The position numbers and the translations under genes are program-made. A stretch of DNA of 64,000 nt from Dehalococcoidia bacterium (lineage in GTDB: Bacteria > Chloroflexota > Dehalococcoidia > Dehalococcoidales > UBA3254): positions 84,741 to 148,740 of the forward strand of contig JANYAV010000014.1 in the NCBI GenBank assembly GCA_025361145.1, written 5' to 3'. A model generated the notes under the pieces. It was not told the DNA's origin. It worked only from the letters and a program-made list of their open reading frames with translations, and made no database searches. Shown one piece after another: positions 46,108 to 57,894 of the stretch (positions within the stretch are counted from its first letter, which is position 1; each line of letters begins with the position of its first letter).

Positions 46108-46331
46108 GAGAGCTACTCGAATTCATCGTCAAAACTATCGTAGACGCCCCAGACAAAATAGTCATCACAGAAGAGACCACAGAGCAGGGTGTTACCTTCA
46201 AACTACAGGTTGCCGATGAGGACAAAGGTCGTGTAATAGGCAAGCAGGGTCGCATCGTAGAAGCAATGCGCACTTTACTGAGAGTCAAAGCCGCCAAGCT
46301 CGGTACTCGGGCCACCCTACAAATTCTTTAA
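46104..46331 (+). CDS. KH domain-containing protein (YlqC/UPF0109)
   Basis: 75 aa with GRVIGKQGR. It overlaps the rpsP stop by 4 nt, the usual rpsP-ylqC arrangement. Confidence 0.85.
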   Translation: MRELLEFIVKTIVDAPDKIVITEETTEQGVTFKLQVADEDKGRVIGKQGRIVEAMRTLLRVKAAKLGTRATLQIL

Positions 46332-46444
46332 TAAATATCATTTATTTGTTTTTCTTACACTAGCTGTAACTTTAACGAGCTGGAATAATTTGATGCGTTT
46401 TATTTCCTGCTCGTTTTTATTTTATAAAATATACTCAATTATAT

Positions 46445-46487
46445 AAAACCGCCCTCGACTAAATATCGAGGGGGGTTTTATTTTTTT
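46445..46487. terminator. bidirectional terminator between the rpsP unit and atpC
   Basis: The stem AAAACCGCCCTCGA/TCGAGGGGGGTTTT (one mismatch) is followed by a run of 7 T. A run of A lies on the other side. Confidence 0.7.
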
Positions 46488-46504
46488 AAGAGTATAATAA
46501 AAGG

Positions 46505-46924
46505 TTAAATCTTTCTGCGCCTCTTGACTCGTTCAGCAACTTCAAGACGAGCAATAGCGCGATGTAAAGCGGCCTCGGCTAAGGCCGATTCTCCCTGCGA
46601 AGCAGAATGAGATAAATTATCCTGGGCACGCTTCTTAGCAGCTTCGGCCCGGGCGATATCTATTTCCTCTGCTCTTTCCGCGGCATCTGCTAGCACAATA
46701 ATACGATTCGGTAATACTTCTAGAAAACCTCCGCTGATAGCTATGAGGAATTCTTCAGTACCTTTGCGCGCAATCAGTTCTCCAGCACTTAAAGTAGTCA
46801 TCAGAGCAGCATGATGAGGTAAGATACCTAATTGTCCCTCACGGCCGGGAGCTATTACAATATCCACGTCCCCTGAATAAACTACCTTTTCAGCTGTAAC
46901 AATATCTAGATTAACTGTTGCCAT
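46505..46924 (-). CDS. atpC: F1 ATP synthase epsilon subunit
   Basis: 139 aa, located after atpD, with an epsilon beta-sandwich plus helical hairpin pattern. Confidence 0.9.
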   Translation of the reverse strand: MATVNLDIVTAEKVVYSGDVDIVIAPGREGQLGILPHHAALMTTLSAGELIARKGTEEFLIAISGGFLEVLPNRIIVLADAAERAEEIDIARAEAAKKRAQDNLSHSASQGESALAEAALHRAIARLEVAERVKRRRKI

Positions 46925-46934
46925 CTATTTCGAC

Positions 46935-48341
<1,407 letters not shown>

Positions 48342-49199
48342 TTAACCTATGGCCGCAGCACCACCCACAATATCCAATAATTCTGAGGTAATCGACTCTT
48401 GACGCGCCTTATAATATGCCAACGTTAGCGCGGTTAATAATTCATTAGCGCTTTCTGTTGCATTTCTCATAGCTACCATCCTGGCTGAGTGCTCACTGGC
48501 GATGGATTCCAAAATAACATGATAAATCTCAGATTCTATAAAACGTGGCAGTAACTGCCCAAGCACGCTTTTCGCGTCTGGCTCAAATATATAGTCTGAA
48601 ACGTGTTTTTTAGTAGATTCATCCGGGATTATCGGCAAAATTTGTTCTGCTACCGGGACCTGCCTCATTGTGTTAATAAATTTGGGATAGACAATGTAAG
48701 CCATATCTATTTCCCCTTTAGAGTAGGCTTCAATAATAATACGCGAAATAGGCAGGGTCTCGATCAGGCTGGGTTTATCACTCATTTTACTAAATTCTGC
48801 TTTGATATCTCTGTCGTAGCGCCGCATATAATCAATGCCACGTCTCCCCACAATCACCATCTGGGAAGGTACTTTTTGCTGCAGCATAAAAGAAGCAGCC
48901 TTTTTGTTTAAATTGGCATCCATGCCTCCGGAAAGACCACGATCTGGAGAAATTAGAATAATACCAATATTCTTTACCGGACGTCTTTTCAATAAAGGGT
49001 GGATATCATTATCACCCTGAGGAAGCACTGCTAAATCAGCGATAACTTGTTTTATCTTATCGGAATAAGGTCGTCCTGCCAGCCCACGCTCCTGGGCTTT
49101 GCGCATCTTTGAGCTGGCGATCATCTCCATTGCCTTGGTGATCTTAGCAGTATTTTGTACGCCGCGAATACGACGGCGAATTGTACGAGTATTAGCCAT
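48342..49199 (-). CDS. atpG: F1 ATP synthase gamma subunit
   Basis: 285 aa with conserved termini (IRRRIRGVQNTAKITKAMEMIA; ITSELLDIVGGA). Confidence 0.93.
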   Translation of the reverse strand: MANTRTIRRRIRGVQNTAKITKAMEMIASSKMRKAQERGLAGRPYSDKIKQVIADLAVLPQGDNDIHPLLKRRPVKNIGIILISPDRGLSGGMDANLNKKAASFMLQQKVPSQMVIVGRRGIDYMRRYDRDIKAEFSKMSDKPSLIETLPISRIIIEAYSKGEIDMAYIVYPKFINTMRQVPVAEQILPIIPDESTKKHVSDYIFEPDAKSVLGQLLPRFIESEIYHVILESIASEHSARMVAMRNATESANELLTALTLAYYKARQESITSELLDIVGGAAAIG

Positions 49200-49219
49200 T
49201 ATCCTACCCTATGTCCGTA

Positions 49220-50731
49220 TTATAAAGTCATGCCCTGTTTGTATTGCAGAATAGCTTTCTTAAGCGTATCTTCAGATTCAGCGGTTAACTCTTTGGTAAC
49301 CGCCATAGTTTTCGTCCAGGCTGAAAAACTTGATTCCATGAACTTTAAAAACCCGGTTTCAAACTCCCTTACTTTTTCGACTGGAATATCATCAAGGTAG
49401 CCATTGTTTACGGCATAAATAATGGCTACCTGCTTTTCGATAGACATGGGCGAAAAGACGGGTTGTTTTAAGATTTCGATGATTCTCTTGCCGCGGTTTA
49501 GTTGGTCACGGGTAGCTTTATCAAGATCAGCTCCTCCAAAGGAGGCAAAAGCTTCCAGAGCTTGATATTGAGAAATATCCATTTTCAATCTACCAGCGAT
49601 TTTGCGCATAGCCTTGGTTTGAGCTGAGCTGCCTACACGTGAAACTGAAAGACCAACGTTAACAGCGGGTCGCGTGTTAGCGTTAAAAAGGTCGGCTTCC
49701 AGATATATTTGACCATCGGTAATGGAAATAACGTTAGTCGGAATATACGCCGATACATCTCCGGCTTGAGTTTCGATAATGGGTAAAGCAGTCAATGACC
49801 CGCCACCATATTTAGCTGCCAATTTGGCCGATCTTTCCAAGAGACGGCTGTGTAAATAGAAAACATCACCGGGATAAGCTTCACGGCCCGGCGGACGGCG
49901 CAGTAACAAGGAAATCTGTCTGTAAGCCCAGGCATGTTTAGAAAGGTCGTCATAAATAACCAGTGCGTCTTTGCCGGCTTCCATAAACTCTTCACCGATA
50001 GCGCACCCGGTATAAGGCGCCATGTATTGCATAGCGGCAGCGTCGGCTGCGTTAGCCGCTACAACAATAGTATGCTCCATCGCGCCATACTCTTCCAAAT
50101 AAGCCACTACTTGCGCAACTTTGGAGGCTTTCTGGCCGATGGCAACGTATATACAAATTAAATTCTGGCCTTTTTGATTGACAATAGTATCAAGCGCCAC
50201 AGCGGTTTTACCAGTTGAGCGGTCTCCAATGATCAATTCACGCTGGCCTCGTCCAATAGGAATGATGGTATCAATAGCTTTTATACCGGTTTGTACCGGA
50301 GCATTAACCGAAGCGCGTACTACCACGTTAGGAGCAATTCTTTCAATAGGTCGGGTCTTATTGGTCTTTATTGGGCCTTTGCCATCGATTGGACGTCCTA
50401 GCGCATCTACTACGCGGCCAATCATAGCTTCACCTACAGGAACTTCTGCGATCCTACCGGTGGTTTTGACCTCGTTTCCCTCTTTAATCTTGGAATAATC
50501 ACCCAGAATGGTAGCCGAGACGCTATCTTCTTCGAGGTTCATGGCAACACCCATAACCTGATTGGGGAATTCCAGAAGTTCATTATATTTACAACCAGCC
50601 AGCCCATGAATCCTGGCAATACCATCGCCAATTTCCACTACGGTACCGACATCTTTCATAGAAACTGACATGCCGAATTGCTCGATCTGTTCTTTAATTG
50701 CGGAGATTATCTCCTGTCCTTTTGTTGCCAT
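49220..50731 (-). CDS. atpA: F1 ATP synthase alpha subunit
   Basis: 503 aa with GDRSTGKT. Confidence 0.97.
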   Translation of the reverse strand: MATKGQEIISAIKEQIEQFGMSVSMKDVGTVVEIGDGIARIHGLAGCKYNELLEFPNQVMGVAMNLEEDSVSATILGDYSKIKEGNEVKTTGRIAEVPVGEAMIGRVVDALGRPIDGKGPIKTNKTRPIERIAPNVVVRASVNAPVQTGIKAIDTIIPIGRGQRELIIGDRSTGKTAVALDTIVNQKGQNLICIYVAIGQKASKVAQVVAYLEEYGAMEHTIVVAANAADAAAMQYMAPYTGCAIGEEFMEAGKDALVIYDDLSKHAWAYRQISLLLRRPPGREAYPGDVFYLHSRLLERSAKLAAKYGGGSLTALPIIETQAGDVSAYIPTNVISITDGQIYLEADLFNANTRPAVNVGLSVSRVGSSAQTKAMRKIAGRLKMDISQYQALEAFASFGGADLDKATRDQLNRGKRIIEILKQPVFSPMSIEKQVAIIYAVNNGYLDDIPVEKVREFETGFLKFMESSFSAWTKTMAVTKELTAESEDTLKKAILQYKQGMTL

Positions 50732-50765
50732 CTAAAACCACCTCTTAATTTTGTATCCCCCTCCC

Positions 50766-50796
50766 ACCATCGAGGGGGGAGGGGGACGGGAGTAAC
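50766..50796 (-). promoter_or_regulatory. GC-rich stem-loop between acs and atpA (no U tract)
   Basis: A 10-bp stem TCCCCCTCCC/GGGAGGGGGA has an 11-nt loop. It lies 34 nt upstream of the atpA start and 6 nt after the acs stop. Confidence 0.5.
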
Positions 50797-50802
50797 CTGG
50801 AT

Positions 50803-52782
50803 TTATAGTTTGCCTTTAATCAGAGTATCAACAACCGATGGATCGGCTAATGTGCTGGTATCACCCAAACTACCAGTATCACCAGCGGCGATTTTAACCA
50901 GAATTCTTCTCATGATCTTGCCGCTGCGGGTCTTGGGTAGACCATCAGTGAACTGAATCTTGTCGGGGCTGGCAATGGGGCCGATTACCTTGCGAACATG
51001 AGCAATAAGTTCTTTCTTGAGCTCTTCTGAACCATTGAAGCCCGTCTTTAAGGTAACATAGGCATAAATGCCTTCGCCCTTTATGGAATGTGGCATACCC
51101 ACCACAGCTGCCTCAGCGACGGAAGGATAAGAAACCAGTGCGCTCTCTACTTCAGCAGTACCGATGCGATGACCTGAAACTTTGATAACATCATCGATCC
51201 GGCCCATCAACCAGATATAGCCGTCTTCATCTTTTCTAGCACCATCGCCCACGGTATACACATTGGGGAATTGAGCAAAATATTTATCAAAGAAGGACTT
51301 GGGGTTGACTTCATCATCGCCCCAAATGCGTCGCATCAGTCCGGGCCAGGGTTTCTTGATGGCGAGATAGCCGCCCTCATTTATTTCAGCTTCTGTACCA
51401 TCCTGTCGGAGAATGACTGGAACTATGCCGGGGAAGGGCATCGTAGCTGAACCAGGTTTCTGAGGAATGGCACCTGGAAGAGGAGTTATAACATGACCAC
51501 CGGTCTCAGTTTGCCAATAGGTATCAACGATGGGGCAATTGCTCTTGCCAATATGCTCGTAATACCACATCCAGACTTCAGGATTGATGGGTTCACCCAC
51601 GCTGCCCAATAAGCGTAGAGATGACAAATCATGAGAATTGATAAAGTCCATGCTTTCTCTCATTAAGGAGCGCAGAACAGTTGGAGCGGTGTAAAAAATG
51701 CTGACTTTATATTGCTCGATAATCTGCCAGAACCTATCCGGCTTCGGATAGGTCGGGACGGATTCAAACATTAGAGTAGTACCACCATTCGCCAGAGGGC
51801 CATAAACGCAATAGGTATGACCGGTAATCCAGCCTATGTCAGCGGTGCACCAAAGAATATCCTCGTCTTTAAGATCGAAAGACCATTTCGTGGTCTGGTA
51901 TGCATATAGAAGGTAACCAGCCTGAGTATGAACTACACCCTTGGGTTTGCCAGTTGAACCGGATGTATACAGAATGAAGAGGGGATCCTCTGAATCCATA
52001 ACTTCAGGCTCACACTCAGCCTTTATATCGGCGTCGGCCATCAAATCGTTCCACCAGAAGTCACGGCCTGCCTTCATAGCTACTTCACAATTAGCGCGCT
52101 TGACTACGATGGAATTTTTAATGGTAGGATTGGCCTCCATAGCGGTATCCGCGCCGGCTTTGCTGGCAATGGTCTTACCATTGCGATAATAACCATCAGC
52201 GCAAATCAACATCGTAGATTGACAATCGGCAATCCGGTCGCGCAGGGCTTCAGCGCTGAATCCGCCGAAGACGATAGAATGGATAGCGCCAATTCTGGCG
52301 CAAGCTAACATAGCGATAGCCAGTTCAGGAATCATGGGTAAATAAATGGTTACTCTTTCGCCTTTCTTTACTCCCATTTTCCGTAAAACATTGGCAAATT
52401 TATTGACTTCATAATAAAGTTCTTGATAGGTAAGGGTTTTACTCTCACTTAAGGGTTCACCCTGCCAGATGATGGCAGCTTTATTGCGGCGCCAGGTCTT
52501 GCAATGGCGGTCAATGCAGTTTACGCTGACATTAATTTTGCCACCGGTAAACCAGGAATGCTTGGCTTTGCCAAAATCCTCAACAAGGACTTTGTTCCAT
52601 TTCTTGTACCAATCAAGTTGAGTGGCTTGTTCTCCCCAGAATCCTTCGGGATCATCCACTGATCTCTGGTAGATCTTCTTGTACTCGTCCATGCTCTTGA
52701 TGTAGGCTTTTTTGCTGAATTCTTTAGAAGCAGGGAAGACACGCTTCTCTTCCATCATGGAAGTAATTCCGACTTCGGGCAT
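50803..52782 (-). CDS. acs: acetyl-CoA synthetase (AMP-forming)
   Basis: 659 aa with [11 protein letters not shown] and the C-terminal [11 protein letters not shown]. Confidence 0.95.
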   Translation of the reverse strand: MPEVGITSMMEEKRVFPASKEFSKKAYIKSMDEYKKIYQRSVDDPEGFWGEQATQLDWYKKWNKVLVEDFGKAKHSWFTGGKINVSVNCIDRHCKTWRRNKAAIIWQGEPLSESKTLTYQELYYEVNKFANVLRKMGVKKGERVTIYLPMIPELAIAMLACARIGAIHSIVFGGFSAEALRDRIADCQSTMLICADGYYRNGKTIASKAGADTAMEANPTIKNSIVVKRANCEVAMKAGRDFWWNDLMADADIKAECEPEVMDSEDPLFILYTSGSTGKPKGVVHTQAGYLLYAYQTTKWSFDLKDEDILWCTADIGWITGHTYCVYGPLANGGTTLMFESVPTYPKPDRFWQIIEQYKVSIFYTAPTVLRSLMRESMDFINSHDLSSLRLLGSVGEPINPEVWMWYYEHIGKSNCPIVDTYWQTETGGHVITPLPGAIPQKPGSATMPFPGIVPVILRQDGTEAEINEGGYLAIKKPWPGLMRRIWGDDEVNPKSFFDKYFAQFPNVYTVGDGARKDEDGYIWLMGRIDDVIKVSGHRIGTAEVESALVSYPSVAEAAVVGMPHSIKGEGIYAYVTLKTGFNGSEELKKELIAHVRKVIGPIASPDKIQFTDGLPKTRSGKIMRRILVKIAAGDTGSLGDTSTLADPSVVDTLIKGKL

Positions 52783-52834
52783 TTGGTTTCCTCCTATATC
52801 GTTTTTTTACCTACGCTGAAACATGAATCGAGTT

Positions 52835-53389
52835 TTAGTCCGCTGTTTCACTTCCAGCGTTAATGATCTCGTTTCTTAGTGAAGCTAATTGACTGCCGGT
52901 ACTGCCATCTATTATTTTCCCAGCTACTCTGGCAACCATTCCACCGATGATCTTGGGATCTACAATATTCGTAACATCCACTTTTTTCCTGGTAAGTTTA
53001 GCTAGACTATCAGCCACCTTGCTTTTCTGGTTTTCATCCATAAGCATGGCCGTGGTAACTTCGGCTGGAGCTATCCCGTTATATTCATCCAACAATACCT
53101 GGTAATCGGCATAAATATCTTTTATGATGTTGAAATTGCCTTTTCTTACCAGAATATTTGCCAGATTTAAGGCCTTGGGGTTAATACCCTTGAGATAGCT
53201 TACCAGTAATTTTGATTTATTCTCGAAGGAAAACTTGGGATTGCCCATCACTTCTGCGAGTTCGGAAACAGAAGCCATAGCGGCCATTCTTTGCAGGTCG
53301 CTTAACCATTCGTCTATTTTTTTACTTTCCTGCGCCAGTTCAAAAACTGCCTTTGAATAGCGTTTTGTTCGAGTTGTATTTTCTACCAA
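52835..53389 (-). CDS. atpH: F1 ATP synthase delta subunit (OSCP)
   Basis: 184 aa, located after atpF, with OSCP-like helices. Confidence 0.85.
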   Translation of the reverse strand: MVENTTRTKRYSKAVFELAQESKKIDEWLSDLQRMAAMASVSELAEVMGNPKFSFENKSKLLVSYLKGINPKALNLANILVRKGNFNIIKDIYADYQVLLDEYNGIAPAEVTTAMLMDENQKSKVADSLAKLTRKKVDVTNIVDPKIIGGMVARVAGKIIDGSTGSQLASLRNEIINAGSETAD

Positions 53390-53407
53390 GATAGATTCTC
53401 CACTATT

Positions 53408-53908
53408 TTAGCCCTTATTGAGGGTCTTATTTTCCTGAAGTACTTTGTCGATTAATTTCTTATGGCTCTCTTTATCTAAAGATTCTCCTACCACTTTGCT
53501 AGCAGCCAAAATAGTTAAATCAGCAAATTCGTGTCTCAATTCATCTACAGCTGAATCACGTTCCGTTTTTATAACCTGTCTGGCTTTTTCTATTAATACT
53601 TCGGCATCCTGCTTAGCCAAACCCTGGGCTTTGGCCCGTATTTCATCACTGGTTTGAGTGGCTTGGGCAATTAACTCCTGACCACGCTGAGAAGCTATTT
53701 GAATTTGTTTCTTAACTTCTTCTTCACTTCTGGCTGATTGAATCTTGACTGACTCCGCTTGTTCCATACTTTCCTTGACCCGATTGGCCCGCTCATCCAG
53801 CATCTTTAGAATACGTTTATAGGCCACAAAATATAGCACGACCAGCAATATCAAGAAACTGATTAATTGCGAAATCAATAATGGTAAATTAATACCTAGT
53901 TCGCCCAT
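53408..53908 (-). CDS. atpF: Fo ATP synthase b subunit
   Basis: 166 aa with a single N-terminal TM helix and a long charged coiled coil. Confidence 0.85.
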   Translation of the reverse strand: MGELGINLPLLISQLISFLILLVVLYFVAYKRILKMLDERANRVKESMEQAESVKIQSARSEEEVKKQIQIASQRGQELIAQATQTSDEIRAKAQGLAKQDAEVLIEKARQVIKTERDSAVDELRHEFADLTILAASKVVGESLDKESHKKLIDKVLQENKTLNKG

Positions 53909-53987
53909 ATTTTACCTCTTCTGTTTGAAGCGCTTGATAATTTAAATCAGCAATCCTTCAGTCTCAGAATAAATTAACTAGCGTTTA

Positions 53988-54236
<249 letters not shown>

Positions 54237-54260
54237 TCAAATTATCGAATATATTAATTA

Positions 54261-55259
54261 TTAATGAGTTGCTTGTTCTTTGTGCCCTTCTTCTTCATGT
54301 CCAGCTACAGCCAGAGAAGTAAAGATTAATGTTAACAAACTAAAAGCTAGAGCTTGTACAAAACCGACCAGCATTTCAAGTCCATAGATAGCGATAGAAA
54401 GCACCCATGGTACCAGGAAACTGATGCTTAACAATAATATTTCGCCAGCGGTCATGTTACCAAAAAGACGGAAGGTGAAACTTACCAGGCGTATTAATTG
54501 ACTGAGAAACTCTAAAAATCCGACGAATAGATCGACTAAACCGAACATGATATTGCCGATGGCATTCTTAAATTGACCTTTAAATAACTGTTTGGTTCCC
54601 AGCCAAATTTTGCCCGTCTGTACGAATTGTTTAAAGAATTTTATACCGTGAACTTTTAACCCAAATCCCCAGGCTGTCACAAACGCAACAATAGCCAGAG
54701 CCAGGGGGATATTAATATCAGTATTTGCACCGCGAAGGAGAGGGATTTTTACAAGTTCGCCATGTTCCATTATAGCGACAGTGATCGAACCGAATCCTGG
54801 AATCAAGCTTGACCATGCGTTTACGAAGACAAACAGAAAGATGGTAGCAATAACAGGGAACACTTGCCTTCCATATTTTGGACCGGCTATGCTTTCACAA
54901 AGATTAAGCAAAGTAGTGACCACAAATTCTAAACTCGCTTGTATTCTAGAAGGGATTAGTTTGATCTTACGGCCAGCTACGGCGGCAAAAATTATCAAAA
55001 TGGCTATTGATATCCAGGCGGTCACCAGCGTGTTTGTTACTGGCAAACTACCGATATGGAAAAGAGGTTCAGCAGCCAATGCCGGAGCAGGTCTGGGAAC
55101 AGCCATCCAGTCAGGCAGTTGAAACTTGACTCCAAATTTATCGAGGAGTTTGCTCCCAATGGGACCACCCACCAGAGTAAAGAGCATAGCTACAAGAAGT
55201 ACAACAGCAATAACGATAACGACGGGGAAGGAACAACCGAGCAGTTTTTTCTTTTGCAC
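54261..55259 (-). CDS. atpB: Fo ATP synthase a subunit (with about 70-aa N-terminal extension)
   Basis: 332 aa with the essential Arg in FRLFGNMTAGE. Confidence 0.9.
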   Translation of the reverse strand: MQKKKLLGCSFPVVIVIAVVLLVAMLFTLVGGPIGSKLLDKFGVKFQLPDWMAVPRPAPALAAEPLFHIGSLPVTNTLVTAWISIAILIIFAAVAGRKIKLIPSRIQASLEFVVTTLLNLCESIAGPKYGRQVFPVIATIFLFVFVNAWSSLIPGFGSITVAIMEHGELVKIPLLRGANTDINIPLALAIVAFVTAWGFGLKVHGIKFFKQFVQTGKIWLGTKQLFKGQFKNAIGNIMFGLVDLFVGFLEFLSQLIRLVSFTFRLFGNMTAGEILLLSISFLVPWVLSIAIYGLEMLVGFVQALAFSLLTLIFTSLAVAGHEEEGHKEQATH

Positions 55260-55499
55260 TTATTGTCTCCTTTCCCGTTTTTGACCCGGTTTCGAATTAT
55301 CTTTTATCAAGGGTATTACCATCTGATAAAAACCCCAGAAAGCCAATACCAGACCTAAAACTAATCCTATTAAAACAAAAATGGGTTGAGTGTCCAATTT
55401 TTCATCCAGCTTTAAACCACCTAGCACACCGAGAAATATACATACCCCGATGTAAAAAGCTGCGCCTATCAATCTTCCGGCGGGACCAATTTTGGCCAT
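55260..55499 (-). CDS. AtpZ/AtpI-family small membrane protein
   Basis: 79 aa with 2 TM. It lies directly upstream of atpB with no gap. Confidence 0.6.
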   Translation of the reverse strand: MAKIGPAGRLIGAAFYIGVCIFLGVLGGLKLDEKLDTQPIFVLIGLVLGLVLAFWGFYQMVIPLIKDNSKPGQKRERRQ

Positions 55500-55673
55500 C
55501 TTCTCAACCTATTTTATTAATATGCAATTGCTGATCGTAAACAACGAATTATTCAACATAATAATAGAAGCCGGTTAATATGCCAGCTTCTATAAAACTA
55601 CCAGGGTTTCTTCAGATGTACTTGACGCAACTCTGCGAGAACTCAAATAGAATATAGTGATGATCCGTCAATA

Positions 55674-56231
55674 TTACGATTTTCTTTTGTCGAAATCTTC
55701 CAGATCGAGATTATTGATAAAGTCGTAAAAAGCTGACATCTTTTTCATTTCGTCGTCACTGACTTTGGTATCGGCATCTTTAGGACCCAAACCATCAGGA
55801 GAACCGACCGGTTTTCCGGTTTCTCTATCAAGTAAAATACCCGCTTTGTCCAACACAGCGTCTTCCGCAAAGATCTGAACGTCCGCGCGCACTGCCAAAG
55901 CTAGAGCATCGCTGGGACGTGAATCTATTTCCATCTGTTCACCGTCTACGCTAAGAAGTATTTTCGCATAAAAGGTATCATTCTTAAGATCACTTACTAC
56001 AATAGAGTTTATCGTGGCTCCCAGGGCATCGATCACCGAAACTAACAAATCATGAGTAAGTGGACGAGGCACGCTGACACCTTGAAGTTTAACGGCAATA
56101 GCATCAGCTTCAGACGGACCGATCCATATCGGTAGATATCTTTCGGCGGATTTTTCTTTCAGAATTACCACCCGCTGGTAATTCATCAGGCTAACGCGAA
56201 TGCTATCAACAGTCATTTCAATCATAGCCAT
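55674..56231 (-). CDS. bifunctional nuclease (BFN/DUF151) family protein
   Basis: VVILKEKSAERYLPIWIGPSEADAIA and RPLTHDL are typical of DUF151. Confidence 0.8.
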   Translation of the reverse strand: MAMIEMTVDSIRVSLMNYQRVVILKEKSAERYLPIWIGPSEADAIAVKLQGVSVPRPLTHDLLVSVIDALGATINSIVVSDLKNDTFYAKILLSVDGEQMEIDSRPSDALALAVRADVQIFAEDAVLDKAGILLDRETGKPVGSPDGLGPKDADTKVSDDEMKKMSAFYDFINNLDLEDFDKRKS

Positions 56232-56414
56232 GTCTCCTTCTCAAACCGCCTTGTAAAATTTTATCGCATCCACGTTTAACTGTCAAATACGGAGGACGTT
56301 AACAACCCTCTTAAAATTGAACTTAAATTCTTTAATTTTGGTACTATTATGTTATGTAATCCGCCACTATTTTGTATAGCGTCTTTCCGTGTACTTTAGC
56401 CCTTTTTATACTCT

Positions 56415-57281
56415 TTAAATACATAGAGCTTTAAGCCTGGTGATAACTTCCTTTATTGATGTATCGGCGGTTGAAGTACCGCTGGTAACCCCGATTTTGT
56501 TTTTTCCTTTTAACCAGATAGGATCTATTTCACCAGCTGTTTCTATCATGTGAGTTTCTGTATTTTTAGAACATAATTCAAACAGACGTCTGGTGTTGGC
56601 GCTGGATTTACCGCCAATCACCAGCATTATATCCACTTTTGCCGCTAGTTCCAGAGATAGTAGTTGCCTCCTTCTTATATCATGGCAAATTGTATCCAGA
56701 ATCCTAATTTCGAAATCTCGCTGTAAAGTAGAATCCAGAATATTTTTCACAAAAGCGATAAAACTCTCTGGTATCTGGGTAGTCTGTGAGAGTATACCAA
56801 GACGCCTAGGCAAATTTCTCAGTTTATCTATATCAGCACTATCCAATGTGGCTAAACCCTGGTTTTTGGCATAACCCATAATCCCCTTGACTTCAGGATG
56901 CCCAGCCTCTCCGAAAATAATTACAAAAAAACCGGCTTCGGCCAAACGCCTGGCGGCAATCTGTGCTCTTGATACAAAGGGGCAAGTAGTATCGACTATT
57001 TTTAAAGATTTAGAACGCAATAGATCATTTTCCACAGAACTGATACCGTGACTACTAATTGCTACTACTGGTTCGGTCACGTCCTCAATATTTTTAATGA
57101 CGTGGATTCCCATTTTATCCAGTTTCTTAATTACTTGTTCATTGTGGACCACCGGACCCAAAGTCTGCAGGCTGCCGTATTCCTTACTTGCCTGTTCCAG
57201 CATATCTATGGCACGGCATACCCCGTAGCAAAAACCTAGTTCTTTGGCTTTAATTATTTGTATTTTTGTTTTCATCCGCAT
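56415..57281 (-). CDS. ispH: 4-hydroxy-3-methylbut-2-enyl diphosphate reductase
   Basis: 288 aa with three cluster Cys residues (GFCYGV, TTCPFV, TICHD). Confidence 0.93.
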   Translation of the reverse strand: MRMKTKIQIIKAKELGFCYGVCRAIDMLEQASKEYGSLQTLGPVVHNEQVIKKLDKMGIHVIKNIEDVTEPVVAISSHGISSVENDLLRSKSLKIVDTTCPFVSRAQIAARRLAEAGFFVIIFGEAGHPEVKGIMGYAKNQGLATLDSADIDKLRNLPRRLGILSQTTQIPESFIAFVKNILDSTLQRDFEIRILDTICHDIRRRQLLSLELAAKVDIMLVIGGKSSANTRRLFELCSKNTETHMIETAGEIDPIWLKGKNKIGVTSGTSTADTSIKEVITRLKALCI

Positions 57282-57894
57282 AGTGGCCTTTATATGTCTC
57301 TGGAAGTAAAGAGGCTATCTTCTTCATAATAATAGCGGTTAACTCAAATATTTGCTCCCTTCTCAGTGAACGTCCGATTTCAGGCAAATAAAAAGGCTCT
57401 CCAATGGTCACCATGACTCTAGGCCGGTGAAATAGCCATTCTGTACCCCGGATTTTCTCTGTACCAATTATGGATACCGGCACAATCAATATTTTATTGT
57501 GATAGGCTATCAGGGCCGCACCCGGTTGCCCTTGCATTAAAGACCCTGTAAGGCTGCGTTTACCTTCTGGGAACATGCCCAATATTTTTCCGCGTTTTAA
57601 TATCGCAGACGATTGGTGCAGAGCATCGCGATTTGAACTTCCGCGGTAAACTGGCAGAGCGCCGAAAGAGCTTATAAAATAGGCTATTAGTCTATTTCTA
57701 AATAGCTCCTCCTTGGCCATAAATATTACTCTCTGGCCTATTTTAGCTCCCAGCAAAACTGGATCGGCCACGCTTAAATGATTAGATACCAACACAAAAG
57801 GGCCTTTAGCAGGAAGATTATCTCTGCCTTTTATCGTAGGTCGCATCGAGATAAATACCAAAAAATGGGCAACTACTTTTAAGAATCTATACAT
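57250..57894 (-). CDS. plsC: 1-acyl-sn-glycerol-3-phosphate acyltransferase
   Basis: The HX4D motif NHLSVAD and FPEGKRS are present. Confidence 0.85.
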   Translation of the reverse strand: MYRFLKVVAHFLVFISMRPTIKGRDNLPAKGPFVLVSNHLSVADPVLLGAKIGQRVIFMAKEELFRNRLIAYFISSFGALPVYRGSSNRDALHQSSAILKRGKILGMFPEGKRSLTGSLMQGQPGAALIAYHNKILIVPVSIIGTEKIRGTEWLFHRPRVMVTIGEPFYLPEIGRSLRREQIFELTAIIMKKIASLLPETYKGHYADENKNTNN

